Positions 31,539 through 42,326 of a stretch of 64,000 nucleotides of DNA are shown piece after piece. The DNA is from an uncultured Gemmatimonadales bacterium (GTDB taxonomy: Bacteria; Gemmatimonadota; Gemmatimonadetes; Gemmatimonadales; GWC2-71-9). The notes beneath the pieces were generated by a model that searched no databases, had not been told where the DNA came from, and was given only the letters and a program-made list of their open reading frames with translations. Position 1 is the stretch's first letter, and each line of letters starts with the position of its first letter. The translations under genes and the position numbers were made by a program. The stretch spans positions 39,278 to 103,277 of the forward strand of contig CAWHST010000004.1 of the NCBI GenBank assembly GCA_963832055.1, written 5' to 3'.

Positions 31539-31685
31539 GCGATTCGCTCCACCCGGCGCTTGGGCGACCAATAGACTTCTTGCGCCGGGTTTCTTCGCCT
31601 CTGAAGGTCCCAGTATTGGGCACGGGACTTCCGACGTCAAGGCCGAAGGGACCCTTCGCCGCTCGGAAGGGGCGTATATTTCCGT
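31539..31685 (-). ncRNA. candidate structured leader or small RNA (unclassified)
   Basis: Non-coding interval with complementary segments (minus strand): cgaagggtccc/gggaccttc and acccggcgc/gcgccgggt. It ends in the terminator at 31500..31538. I could not match any known RNA family by eye. Confidence 0.3.
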
Positions 31686-34600
31686 ATGCCTTTATCCGGA
31701 TTCCACCCCGCCGTTGCGCGCTGGTTTGCCGAACGGCTGGGCGAGCCGACCAGGGCCCAGCGGCAGGCCTGGGAAGCAATCCGCGCCGGCCGGCACACGC
31801 TGGTCTCGGCTCCCACCGGGTCGGGTAAGACCCTCGCCGCATTTCTGATCGAGCTCGACCTGCTGCTGCGCGAGAGCCTCGCAGGCGGCCTGCCGGACGA
31901 GACGCGGGTCCTGTATGTCTCGCCCCTCAAGGCGCTGAGCGCGGACATCCACCGGAACCTGGCGGAGCCCCGGCGCGAGATCCGTCGCTTGGCGGAAGAG
32001 ATGGGATTCGACGCCCCCAGGATCACCGCGGCCGTCCGCTCCGGCGACACGCCCGCCGCCGAGCGTGCGGCCATGCTGCGGAAGCCGCCCCACATTCTCG
32101 TCACCACGCCCGAGTCGCTGTATCTCCTGCTGACCGCCCGGCGCAGCCGCGAGATGCTGCGGACGGTCCGCACCGTCATCGTGGACGAGATCCACGCGGT
32201 GCTCGAGTCGCGCCGAGGCGCCCACCTTGCCCTGAGCCTCGAGCGGCTGGCGCATGTGGCCGGCGGCCCGCTCCAGCGCATCGGCCTTTCGGCGACGATG
32301 GAGCCGATCGAGGAAGTGGCGGAGTGGCTGGTGGGAGAGACGGCGGACGGGCGGGCCGCCACCATCATCAATGAAGGCCACCGCCGAGCGCTGGACCTCG
32401 CGCTCGAGCTTCCCCGCTCACCGCTCGATTCCGTGATGTCCGGCGAGGTGTGGGCGGAGGTCTACGCCCGCCTGGCGGAGCTGATCCGGGCACACCGCAC
32501 CACGCTGGTGTTCGTCAATACTCGCCGCATGGCGGAACGGGTATCGCGTCAGCTGGCCGAGCGGCTGGGTGAGCCGGCGGTCGGCGGCGCATCACGGGAG
32601 CCTCTCGAAGGAGTCGCGACTCGACGCCGAAGAACGCCTCAAGGAGGGAAAGCTTCGGGCCCTCGTCGCCACTGCATCGCTGGAGCTGGGGATCGACATC
32701 GGCCACGTGGACCTGGTATGCCAGCTAGGGACTCCCCGGCGAATCTCGACCCTCCTCCAGCGGGTCGGGCGTTCGGGTCACACAGTGCAAGGCATGCCCA
32801 AGGGCAGGCTCTTCCCCCTCACCCGGGACGAGCTGGTGGAATCCACCGCGCTGCTCCGATCGGTCCAGGCCGGCAAGTTGGACCGGATCGCCATGCGGGA
32901 GAAGCCGCTCGACGTCCTGTCGCAGCAGCTCGTGGCCGAGAGCGCCGCCGAGGACTGGCAAGCCGACGGGCTGTTCGACCTGGTGCGCCGGGCCCATCCC
33001 TACCGCGGCCTGGAGCGGTCCGAATTCGACGAGGTGGTCGCGATGCTCTCGCGCGGCTTCGACACCCGCCGCGGACGACGGGGAGCGCTGCTCCATCACG
33101 ACACGGTCGGCGGGCGGCTGCGCGGCCGCCGGGGTGCGCGGATGATGGCCATCACTTCGGGCGGGGCGATTCCGGACAACGCCGACTACCGGGTGGTGTT
33201 GGAGCCGGAGGACACGTTCATCGGCACGGTGAACGAAGACTTCGCGGTGGAGAGCATGGCGGGAGACGTCTTCCAGCTGGGGAACCTTTCGTGGCGGATC
33301 CTGCGGGTGCAGCGCGGCGTGGTACGGGTGGAAGATGCTCGGGGGCAGCCGCCCACCATTCCGTTCTGGCTGGGCGAGGCGCCGGCGCGGAGTCCGGAGC
33401 TGTCGGCGGCGGTGGCGGAGTTGCGTGGGGAAATCGAGGACTGGCTGGAACGGGAAGCGTGTCATCCCGAGGAAGCGGAGCGACCGAGGACCTTGTCCGC
33501 CACGGTCCGAAGCAGGCGGGCAAGGTCCCTCGCTTCGCTCGGGATGACATCGCCGTTACGCAGCTCGTCACCTATCTCGCCGAGTCGCGCCGTCTGCTCG
33601 GTGCGCTCCCCACCCAGGACACCCTCATCGCCGAGCGCTTTTTCGACGAATCGGGCGGCATGCAGCTCGTCCTCCATGCCCCGTTCGGCAGCAGGGTGAA
33701 TCGCGCCTGGGGTCTCGCGCTCCGGAAGCGGTTCTGCCGCCAGTTCAACTTCGAGCTCCAGGCCGCGGCCACGGAGGACGCGGTGCTGCTGTCGCTGGGC
33801 CCGCAGCACTCCTTCCCGCTGGAGACCGTGTTCCGGTTCCTGCATCCCGACACGGTGGGCGACATTCTGGTCCAGGCGCTGCTCGACGCGCCGATGTTCG
33901 GCACCCACTGGCGCTGGAACGCGTCCATCGCGCTCGCGCTGCCGCGAAGCCGGGGCGGCCGCCGGGTGGCGCCACAGATTCAGCGGATGGAAGCCGAGGA
34001 TCTGCTCGCCGCCGCCTTCCCCGACGCGGCCGCCTGTCTGGAGAACATCCCGGGCGACCGCGAGGTCCCCGATCATCCACTGGTGCGGCAGACCATCGAC
34101 GACTGCCTGCACGAGGTGATGGATCTCGACGGCCTGATCGCAGTGCTCCGGCGGATCCACTCGGGCGAGATCCGCTGCATCGCCCGTGACCTGCCGGAGC
34201 CCTCGCCGCTGGCGCACGAGATCCTCAATGCCAGACCGTACGCGTTCCTGGACGATGCGCCGCTGGAGGAGCGACGCACCCAGGCGGTTTACACCCGGCG
34301 GGCGTTCGAACCCTCCTCGGCCGACGACCTTGGCGTGCTGGACCCGGCGGCCATCGAGCGGGTTCGAGCGGAGGCCTGGCCCGAGATCCAGCACCCGGAC
34401 GAGCTGCACGACACCCTGGTCACCTCGGGATTTCTCACCGAGGCCGAAGGCGCCCCCTGGGCCGGCTTCATGGAAGAGCTGACCGGCGCCGGCCGCGCCG
34501 CGAGAGTGGAGTCCGTCCGGCGATGGCCCGGTGCTCTGGGTCGCCACCGAGCGACTGCCCGAGGCGGCGCTGCTCTCCGATCCCGGCGCGCGTGAGCCCG

Positions 34601-36060
34601 CGGTCCGCGAGCTCCTCCGGGGCCGGCTCGGCATCATCGGCCCCACCACCGCGAGGGACCTCGCGGCGACGCTCGCCGTTCCGGAGATCGAGGCGGAGGC
34701 CGCGCTCGTCGCTCTGGAGGCCGAGGGGGTGGTGCTGCGGGGCCGGTTCACTCCGCGAGCCGGCGGCACGGCCGCGGTGCTCGAGTGGTGCGACCGCCGG
34801 CTGCTGGCGCGGATCCACCGGTACACGCTCAACCGGCTCCGCGCCGAGATCGAGCCGGTGAGCCCGGCGGACTTCATGCGATTCTTGTTCGCCTGGCAGC
34901 GAGTGGACCCGGAGCATCGGGCGTCGGGCCTCGAGGGGCTCGCCGCGGTGGTGGCGCAGCTGGATGGGTTCGAGCTTCCCGCCGCCGCCTGGGAGAGCGA
35001 TGTCCTCGCGGGTCGACTGGAGGGGTACGATCCGGCCCTGCTCGATACGTTGAGCCTCACCGGCCGCGTGGGCTGGGCGGCAGGCCAGCGGGGCAGGGGA
35101 GCGGGACCGATCCGTTCCACACCCATCGCCCTGTTCCAGAGGGAGCACGCGGGCGATTGGCTCGCCGGACGGACCAGTGAGGAAAGGCCGGCACTCCCGA
35201 GCAATGCCGCGCGCGTGCGGGAGGTCCTGGAGCAGCGCGGCGCATCGTTCTTCCACGAGCTGGTGCCGCTGTCGGGTCTCCTGCCCACTCAGGTTGAAGG
35301 CGCGCTGGGTGAGTTGGCGGGGCTGGGTCTGGTCACCTCCGACAGCTTCGCCGGGCTTCGCGCCCTGATCACCCCTTCCAGCAAGAGGAAGCCGATCAAG
35401 GGCGGCCGGCGCCGCCAGCGCACGGTGCCGTACGGAATCGAGAGCGCGGGCCGGTGGGCCTTGATCGGCCGCGGCGCAGCCGGACAGCCTGACGGCACCG
35501 ATCCAGTCGAGCACACCGCCAGGACGCTGCTCGACAGGTACGGCGTGGTGTTCAAGCGGTTGCTCGCCCGGGAAACCGGGATGCCGGCATGGCGCGAGCT
35601 GCTGCTGGCCTACCGCCGGCTGGAGGCGAGAGGTGAGATCCGGGGCGGCCGGTTCGTCTCCGGCATGTCGGGCGAGCAGTTCGCGCTGCCCGAGGCCGTC
35701 GGGAAGCTCCGGGCCATGCGCCGGCAGGAAGCCCGCGGAGGCCTGATCGCGGTGGGCGCCGCGGATCCGCTCAACCTGACCGGCATCGTCACCCCGGGCG
35801 AGCGGATCGCCACGGCCACCAGGAGCCGCATCCTCTATCGCGACGGCGTCCCGGTGCTCGCGCTGGAGCGAGGCGAGGTCAAGCCGGTCGGGCCGAGCGT
35901 CTCGGCGCCCACACCCGAGATGGTGCAGGCGCTGGTGCGGAAACAGATCGGCCCGGCGCTGCGCGCCCGACTCGCCATGGCCGGCATACCTGCCGACTCC
36001 CTACCGCCAAGCGGCCGGCCGGCGCGGCGGCGCTCGCAGAGGAAAGTAGCGAGCCACTGA
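31686..36060 (+). CDS. lhr: Lhr-type large ATP-dependent DEAH-box helicase, interrupted by a palindromic element (plus 2 homopolymer frame corrections at ~32575 and ~34525)
   Basis: Motif [10 protein letters not shown], motif II VDEIH, then [22 protein letters not shown] and QRVGRSGH. Lhr-specific middle part ([30 protein letters not shown]) and long C-terminal domain (ORF 34531..36060). The frames on either side of 33460..33548 are reconciled by deleting 89 nt. Confidence 0.85.
33460..33549. repeat. palindromic GC-rich element, copy C, inserted within the lhr reading frame
   Basis: tgtcatcccgaggaagcggagcgaccgagg...ggtccctcgcttcgctcgggatgaca. Same termini as copies A and B. The left arm is partly degenerate. 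Confidence 0.8.
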
Positions 36061-38684
36061 TGCACGAGCGCCTGGCGGCGGCACTCGCGGACCGATACAG
36101 GATCGAGCGGCAGCCGGACGGCAGCCTGACCCTCCTCGGCCGGGGCGGCACGGCGACCGTGTACCTCGCGCACGACCTCCGGCACGATCGGCCCGTCGCC
36201 CTGAAGGTGGTGCACCAGCGAGCTCGCCGAGTCGGTCGGCTCCGAGCGCTTCCTGCGCGAGATCCGCATCGTCGCCAAGCTCTCCCATCCCCATATCCTG
36301 CCGCTGTTCGACTCCGGCGAAGTGCGTCTGGGCGATGGCGACGGCGCCTCCCTTCTCTATTACGTCATGCCCTACGTCACCGGCGAGACGCTGCGCCAGC
36401 GGCTCCAGGGGCGGATGCCGGTCGCCGCCGCGATCCGGATCGCGCGGGAGGTGGCGCTGGCCCTGGACTCCGCCCATCGCCAGGGCGTGATCCACCGCGA
36501 CATCAAGCCGGAGAACATCCTGTTCGAGGACGGCCAGGCGGTCGTGGCCGACTTCGGTATCGCCACCGCCGTGGAGGGGGGCCCGGACCGGCTCACCGCC
36601 ACCGGACTCGCGGTGGGAACGCCCGCCTACATGAGTCCGGAGCAGGCGGGCGGATCGTCCACCCTCGACGGCCGGAGCGACATCTACAGCCTGGGATGCC
36701 TGCTCTACGAAATGCTCGACGGCGAGCCCCCGTTCACCGGGCCGACCCCGCAGTCGGTCATGGCGAAGCAGGTGGTCGCGCCTCCGCCTCCGCTTCGCTC
36801 CCGGCATCCCGAGATTCCGGAACCGGTCGAGCGGGTGCTCGCGAAAGCGTTGGCCAAGGAGCCGGGCGATCGCTTCTCCACGGCGGCGGAATTCGCCAGC
36901 GCTCTGGAGGCGGCCGGCGCGGCGGAGCGCCCACGGGAGAGCGGCCGCCGCCGGGCGGCCGTTCTCCTGGGCCTGGGCGCGATCGCCACGACGGGCGTGC
37001 TGTTCGCCCTGGGCCTGGGCGACCGGAAAGACCAGCCTGGCGACACGCCCAGTATCGCCGTTCTGCCGTTCGAGAACCTCGGGGCCACCGAGGACGGCTA
37101 CTTCAGCGACGGCATCACGGAGGAAATCACCAGCCGGCTGGCGATGATCCCCCGGCTCGGCGTCATCTCCCGCACCAGCGCCGATCAGTACCGGGGGACG
37201 GACAAATCGCTCAAGCAAGTGGGGCGCGAGCTCGGAGCGGACTACATCCTCGAGGGCAGCGTGAGGTGGGAGAAGTCGTCCGGGGAGCGAGCCGGGTGCG
37301 AGTCACCCCGCAGCTCATCCGCGTCTCCGACGACCACCACCTCTGGGCCGGGAGGTACGACGAGACTCTCGAAGAGGTGTTCCAGGTGCAGTCCCGCATC
37401 GCGGAACAGGTCGCCTCCGCCCTGGACCTCGCGCTCCAGCGCCCCGAGCAGGAGGCGCTCGCCGCCAAGCCGACCGAGGACCTCCGGGCCTACGACTTCT
37501 ATCTCCGCGGGAACGATTACCTCGACCGGCCGGGGGACCCCGACGCACTCCGCACGGCCGAAGAGATGTACACCAAGGCCACCGAGCTGGATCCCACCTT
37601 CGCGCTCGCCTTCGCGCGGCTGGCCCGGGCTCGCATCTGGCAGTTTCACTTCTCGGAGCGGACCGGCGAGCGGCTCGCCCAGGCGCGGAGTGCCGCCGAC
37701 TCCGCGCTGCGGCTTCAGCCCGGGCTGCCGGAGGCGCACCTCGCGCTGGGGCAGATCTACTACTGGGGCCAGCTCGACTACCCCGCGGCGCTGCGGGAGT
37801 TCCGCACCGCTCACGCCGGCGATCCCGGCAACGGTGACATCTCGTGGGCCCGCGGACTGGTCGAGCGGCGCATGGGCCAATGGGACCAGGCGATAACGGA
37901 TCTGCGCCGGGCGGTGGATCTGGACCCGAGGTCGGTGGTCAAGTCTCTGGACCTGTTCGAGGTGTATGTCAGGCGGCGGGACTACCCGCAGGCGGAACGC
38001 TACCTCAAGCGCGCCATGGTATTGGAGCCCGACTCGCCGGCCTCCATCTTCGAGGCGCAGCTCATCGTCGCGCGCGACGGCGATCTGAAGGCGGCAGCCG
38101 CCGCTCTCAAGGAAGGGGTTCGCAGGGCGGGCCTCGACGACATCGTCGCCTGGGCCCCGACATTCGATCTCGGCGCCGCCCTGTGGGGGACCCTGGATAG
38201 TTCCGCGCAGGCGGCGGGAGACCGGCTCTCGGTGGCCTCATTCGGGGTGGACTCCGCCGGCTATTATCTGGCGAAAGCCAGGGTCCGCAGGTACCGGGGC
38301 GACGCTACGAGCAAGGTCTACTTCGACTCCGCGGCGACGGTCCTCGAGGCCGGGACCCAGGCCCGGCCGGACGACCCCACGCTCAGGGCCGAGCTGGCCT
38401 ACGCCTATGCCGGGCTCGGCCGCCGCGAGCCCGCCATCCGGGAGGGCCTGCGCGCGGTGCAGCTGCGGCCCCCTTCCAAGGACACCTGGCTCGGGGTGGA
38501 CATGGTTCGCAATCTGGCGGTGGTGTACGTCATGCTGGGTGAGGCCGACTCGGCGGTGCAGCAGCTCCGGGTGCTGCTGTCGGTTCCCTCGTGGATCTCC
38601 GTGCCCGGGCTCCGGGCCGATCCGACGTGGGATCCCATTCGGCGGGATCCCGGTTTCCAGGCGCTCCTGAAGCGCGGGGGGTGA
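36060..38684 (+). CDS. Ser/Thr protein kinase with TM segment, periplasmic domain and TPR region (STK2; two frame corrections ~36225 and ~37290)
   Basis: The ATG overlaps the lhr TGA. Strings RYRIER..GGTATVYLAHDLRHDRPVALKV, HRDIKPENILF, DFGIA, MSPEQ. TM segment (AAVLLGLGAIATTGVLFAL). Then IAVLPFENLGATEDGYFSDGITEEITSRL and TPR-like repeats to ...DPGFQALLKRGG. Confidence 0.85.
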   Translation: MHERLAAALADRYRIERQPDGSLTLLGRGGTATVYLAHDLRHDRPVALKVVHQRARRVGRLRALPARDPHRRQALPSPYPAAVRLRRSASGRWRRRLPSLLRHALRHRRDAAPAAPGADAGRRRDPDRAGGGAGPGLRPSPGRDPPRHQAGEHPVRGRPGGRGRLRYRHRRGGGPGPAHRHRTRGGNARLHESGAGGRIVHPRRPERHLQPGMPALRNARRRAPVHRADPAVGHGEAGGRASASASLPASRDSGTGRAGARESVGQGAGRSLLHGGGIRQRSGGGRRGGAPTGERPPPGGRSPGPGRDRHDGRAVRPGPGRPERPAWRHAQYRRSAVREPRGHRGRLLQRRHHGGNHQPAGDDPPARRHLPHQRRSVPGDGQIAQASGARARSGLHPRGQREVGEVVRGASRVRVTPQLIRVSDDHHLWAGRYDETLEEVFQVQSRIAEQVASALDLALQRPEQEALAAKPTEDLRAYDFYLRGNDYLDRPGDPDALRTAEEMYTKATELDPTFALAFARLARARIWQFHFSERTGERLAQARSAADSALRLQPGLPEAHLALGQIYYWGQLDYPAALREFRTAHAGDPGNGDISWARGLVERRMGQWDQAITDLRRAVDLDPRSVVKSLDLFEVYVRRRDYPQAERYLKRAMVLEPDSPASIFEAQLIVARDGDLKAAAAALKEGVRRAGLDDIVAWAPTFDLGAALWGTLDSSAQAAGDRLSVASFGVDSAGYYLAKARVRRYRGDATSKVYFDSAATVLEAGTQARPDDPTLRAELAYAYAGLGRREPAIREGLRAVQLRPPSKDTWLGVDMVRNLAVVYVMLGEADSAVQQLRVLLSVPSWISVPGLRADPTWDPIRRDPGFQALLKRGG

Positions 38685-38800
38685 GCGCAGGCCGCCGGGC
38701 CGTCACATTCCGGCTTGGTTGTGGGTTCCTCCTGGGGCGGATCTGGCTGGGTCACGCCCTGTGTCCGGAACTCACGTCACCACTCTCCGCCGGAGGCCCC

Positions 38801-39563
38801 ATGCGAATCCGAGGAAGTCCCTTCGGGCCGCTAACGCTGCTTCTTCTTCTGCTCCTGCCGGCCTGCGATAAGCCGACGACTCCCACCAAGACCGAATCGG
38901 ACCCCGGTTCCCCGACAACCGATGTCGAGCTGCAAGCTGCCGGAGCCGAGGAGGCCGACGCAGTGGGGGACGCGGTGGCCTTCGCCGATGCGGAGCTTGT
39001 TCTTCGAGCTCAACTCTACCGACAACGACCTGGGCCTCCAGCTTTTCCTCGATTCGGACGGCTGGAAGCGGGTCAGGGTGCTGGACCCGGCGAGGAACGA
39101 GATCGTCCTGTTGCAGGCGGAGGGGAGACTGGCGAGGCTCGGCATCACCGAGCTGCGCTTCGAGAGCGCCGAGCCTTCGCCCGCTGAGGTGCTGGCGCTG
39201 TTCCCGCCCGGGAAGTACCGCTTCCGGGGCCGGTCGGTCGAGGGCGAGCAGCTGGCGAGTAACGTGACGTTGTCGCACGATCTGCTGCCCGCGCCTACGT
39301 TCTCCCCCTCCGACGGCGAGGTGGTGGACCCGAGGGATGTCGTCGTCGAGTGGAACGCGCCGGGCGCCGAGCAGGTCGAGCTCATCATCGAGCAGGACGA
39401 GCTGGGCCATGTTCTCGACATCACGCTCTCGGGGTCGAGTAAGCGGCTGAGAGTGCCGCCGCAGTTTCTGAGGCCCGGGATGGAGTACAAGATCGAGATC
39501 CTGTCGATCTCGGAGAACGGCAACCGGACCATCGCCGAGAGCACGTTCCGCACCAGCTCTTAG
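38801..39563 (+). CDS. lipoprotein of unknown function (one frame correction ~38990)
   Basis: ATG 38801 preceded by GGAGG. Lipobox LLLLLPAC. The remainder lies in ORF 38922..39563 (two Ig-like-looking halves; no family recognised). Confidence 0.55.
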
Positions 39564-39632
39564 GCGCAGCGCTTCAATACTTTCGGGTCGGCAGACAGGT
39601 CGAGGAGGCCATCCTCCCGCCCCTGCCGGCCC

Positions 39633-40265
39633 TTAGTAGCGCCGGACTGCCTCCCCCATCGCGGTGCATGTCCCATTTCCCCACGCGACCATAGGCATCA
39701 CGCTGGATCTCGGTGAGCTGCCCCGCGCGCCGCGGACCCACGCGCAAAGAAACCCGCCCATCAGGCTCCACTCCGCGGTGAACACCATCCAACCGGATCG
39801 CACCACCAGGGGAAGCCCCGGAGCCGCGCCAACGATCCTCAGCCCGTGCGGAAAGCAGTGAATGGGCTCGCCTGCGCGCGTTGCCGCCGCCTTTGCCGCC
39901 GCCTCCTTGAGCGCCCACGCGAGGGCCGGCCGCACCTCCGCATGCGGCGCCAGCGCCTCCCACTCCTCGGCACTCGCTATCGCCTCCGCGTGACGGCGGC
40001 CGACCCGGCCGATCTCGACGAGATCCACCCCGATGCGGACGCCCGCGGGCGCGACCACCGCCGCCGCCATGCCGCGGGTGTGCGACCGGGAGGTCGCGCA
40101 GGCATCCCGGCGGTAGCCCGACGCCTCCAGCACCGCGGCCACCGCGCGATCGGCCGCCGCGCGATCGCAGGCCCATCGCTGCGCGCGCGGGATCGCGCCG
40201 AGCCCCGCCGTGCTCCGGGCGAACCCGAGCCACACATCCGGGGCCACCCGCCGGCAGGGCGTCAT
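39633..40265 (-). CDS. 4'-phosphopantetheinyl transferase (Sfp-type)
   Basis: ATG 40265 overlaps the ACP stop (ATGA). Strings SRSHTRGMAAAVVAPAGVRIGVDLVEIGR and WALKEAAAKA match the SxSH..GxDxE and WxxKEAxxK motifs. The C-terminal ~50 aa are uncertain. Confidence 0.6.
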   Translation of the reverse strand: MTPCRRVAPDVWLGFARSTAGLGAIPRAQRWACDRAAADRAVAAVLEASGYRRDACATSRSHTRGMAAAVVAPAGVRIGVDLVEIGRVGRRHAEAIASAEEWEALAPHAEVRPALAWALKEAAAKAAATRAGEPIHCFPHGLRIVGAAPGLPLVVRSGWMVFTAEWSLMGGFLCAWVRGARGSSPRSSVMPMVAWGNGTCTAMGEAVRRY

Positions 40266-40570
40266 GCGCGCGCCATCTCGTTCTCCGCGAACGCCAGCAC
40301 CACCTCGGGAGTGATCGCGATGGACAGATCCGCTGCCGGAAGACTCGCGGTGAGAAAATCCTGCCACCGGGTGTAGGGAATCCGCGTGCCGAGCGCGTCT
40401 TCCAGCCGGAAGACCAGGTCCAGGAAATCGATGGATTCCGCTCCCAAGTCCCGGATGAGCGCGGCACCGGGCGCGACCTCGTCGGCGGAGATGACCAGGA
40501 CCTCGGCCACGATCTCGCGGACGAGCTGCTCGAGACCTCTGCCGTTTACCAGCGACGGATTGCCAGGCAT
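40262..40570 (-). CDS. acyl carrier protein (stand-alone, cluster-specific)
   Basis: The last 102 aa of ORF 40262..40927, from ATG 40570. The phosphopantetheine site context is IRDLGAESIDFLDLVFRLE (DSL-type motif with Ser). Confidence 0.8.
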   Translation of the reverse strand: MPGNPSLVNGRGLEQLVREIVAEVLVISADEVAPGAALIRDLGAESIDFLDLVFRLEDALGTRIPYTRWQDFLTASLPAADLSIAITPEVVLAFAENEMARA

Positions 40571-41850
40571 GCGTTCTGTCCCCCGAAGCCGAACGAGGTG
40601 CTGAGCGCGGCCTCCGGGGAGGCCGGCCGGGCCACGTTGGGCACGTAGTCGAGGTCGCACTCGCCGTCGGCGGCCTCGAGGTTGACGGTCGGCGGCAGGA
40701 AGCGCTCCCGGATCGCGGCGAGCGCCGCCACCAGCTCGACCGCGCCCGCCGCCGCGAGCAGGTGGCCGATCATGGACTTGGTCGAGCTCACCGGGATGCC
40801 GCCGACGCACGAGCCGAGACTCTGCTTGAGCGCCCGGGTCTCGGTGATGTCGTTCATCCGGGTGCCGGTGCCGTGGGCATTGACGTAGCCGACATCGTGG
40901 GGCGCCATGTCCGCATCGGCGAGGCACAGGCGGATGGCGCGCGCGGCCCCCTCCGCGTCCGGCCGCTCGTCGGTGATGCGCCAGGCGTCGCAGGTCGAGC
41001 CATATCCCGCCAACTCCGCCAGCACCGTAGCGCCCCGCGCTTCCGCGAAGGGGCCGCGCTCGAGCAACACGAAGCCGGCACCCTCACCGATGACGAAGCC
41101 GTCCCGGTCGCGGTCGAACGGCCGGCTGGCCCGGCCGGGCTCGTCGTTGCGGCGGGAGAGCGTCCCCAGAAGGCTGAAGCCCAGCACGGCGACCGGATTC
41201 ACTCCGGCATCGGCGCCCCCGGCCAGCACCACGTCCGCGTCGCCGCGCTGGATGAGCCGCATCCCCTCGCCGATCGCCTGGGTCCCTGCGCTGCACGCCG
41301 TCGTGATCGTGGCGTTCGGGCCCTGGGCATCGTTCTGGATGGCGACGTGCGCCGCGGCCAGGTTGGGCAGCCCCCGAAGCGTGGCGAGAGGATTGGTTCG
41401 CTCGGCGTAGAGCCGCGCGAAGGCCGGGATGTCCCACTTATTGGTCCCTCCCAGCTTGGCGGCGTCGATGGTCGCTTCGGCCTGGGTCGCGAGCAGGTCG
41501 AGATCGGTGGGCCCCATGCCTCCCGCTCCCACCACCACCGCGACTCGTCGAGGGTCCACCTCGTCCCGGTCCAGGCGGGCGTACCGGCGCGCCATGGCGG
41601 CCGCGGCCACCGCGAAGAGCGCCGCACGGCTCATCAGCTTGGTCGCCTTCCGGGGCTCGACCCACGCCGCGAGATCGGCGTCGGCCGCGCGCACCTCGGC
41701 GGCGATCCTGGTGTCGAGGCCGGCGGAGTCGAAGACGGTGATGGGACCCACCCCCGAGCGCCCCTGCCTCAGCGCGTCGCGGAACGCCTCGTAGCCGAGA
41801 CCGATCGGCGTGACCACGCCGACGCCGGTGATCGCGACGCGGTCAGCCAC
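40546..41850 (-). CDS. beta-ketoacyl-ACP synthase (KAS II / FabF-like)
   Basis: Intact 434-aa ORF. Active-site Cys in ITTACSAGTQAIG; His motifs in VNAHGTGT and SSTKSMIGHLLAAAG. Confidence 0.9.
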   Translation of the reverse strand: MADRVAITGVGVVTPIGLGYEAFRDALRQGRSGVGPITVFDSAGLDTRIAAEVRAADADLAAWVEPRKATKLMSRAALFAVAAAAMARRYARLDRDEVDPRRVAVVVGAGGMGPTDLDLLATQAEATIDAAKLGGTNKWDIPAFARLYAERTNPLATLRGLPNLAAAHVAIQNDAQGPNATITTACSAGTQAIGEGMRLIQRGDADVVLAGGADAGVNPVAVLGFSLLGTLSRRNDEPGRASRPFDRDRDGFVIGEGAGFVLLERGPFAEARGATVLAELAGYGSTCDAWRITDERPDAEGAARAIRLCLADADMAPHDVGYVNAHGTGTRMNDITETRALKQSLGSCVGGIPVSSTKSMIGHLLAAAGAVELVAALAAIRERFLPPTVNLEAADGECDLDYVPNVARPASPEAALSTSFGFGGQNACLAIRRW

Positions 41851-42323
41851 CGTCGAGCTCGGGATAGTGTCCCAGCCAGGTCTCCATCATCTGACGCCAG
41901 TGCGGCTGGTACACCTCGGGCATCACCCGGCCGGGCTCGACCAGCCTGAAGGTGAAGCGGGCCGACGCGATGGTCCGATCATCCACCATCGCCGCTCCGC
42001 GCGCCCGGGCGACCGTGCCCTCCAGCGACTCCAGCTCGGTTTCCAGCCTGACCTGATCGCCCGGCCGGGCAAAGGCCAGAAACCGCGCGCGCTCGATGGA
42101 AACCATCAGCGCGAGGAACCGGCCCTCGACCGACCGATGGATCAGCACACCAGCGGTCTGGGCCAGCCCCTCGAGCAGATAGACGCCCGGGAGCACGGGG
42201 TTGCCGGGGAAATGGGCATCGAACTCGTCCTCCGCAAGTGCAACCGCCTTGAGCCCGGTGGCGCGCACGCCGGGCTCCAGATGGACGATGCGGTCGAGCC
42301 AGAAGTGACGCACGCCCGGCCCG
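41843..42323 (-). CDS. FabA/FabZ-like hot-dog 3-hydroxyacyl-ACP dehydratase
   Basis: C-terminal part of ORF 41843..43906, from GTG 42323: RHFWLDRIVHLEPG..DAHFPGNPVLPGVYLLEGLAQTAG (catalytic His in HFPG). It overlaps the KAS start by 8 nt. Confidence 0.75.
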
Positions 42324-42326
42324 TGC

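Noticed and set aside
31057-31842. 261-aa minus-strand ORF overlapping the lhr start.
   Set aside because: Only the last 107 aa (from ATG 31380, with a strong RBS) look like a protein. The upstream part crosses an intrinsic terminator and hairpins and has shadow-like composition.
33335-33547. Small ORFs ending in ..SLRSG, which recur at three places (also 2548..2853 and 12979..13413), as a possible conserved peptide family.
   Set aside because: The shared C-terminus is the translated right arm of the palindromic element. The rest of each ORF is unrelated shadow sequence.
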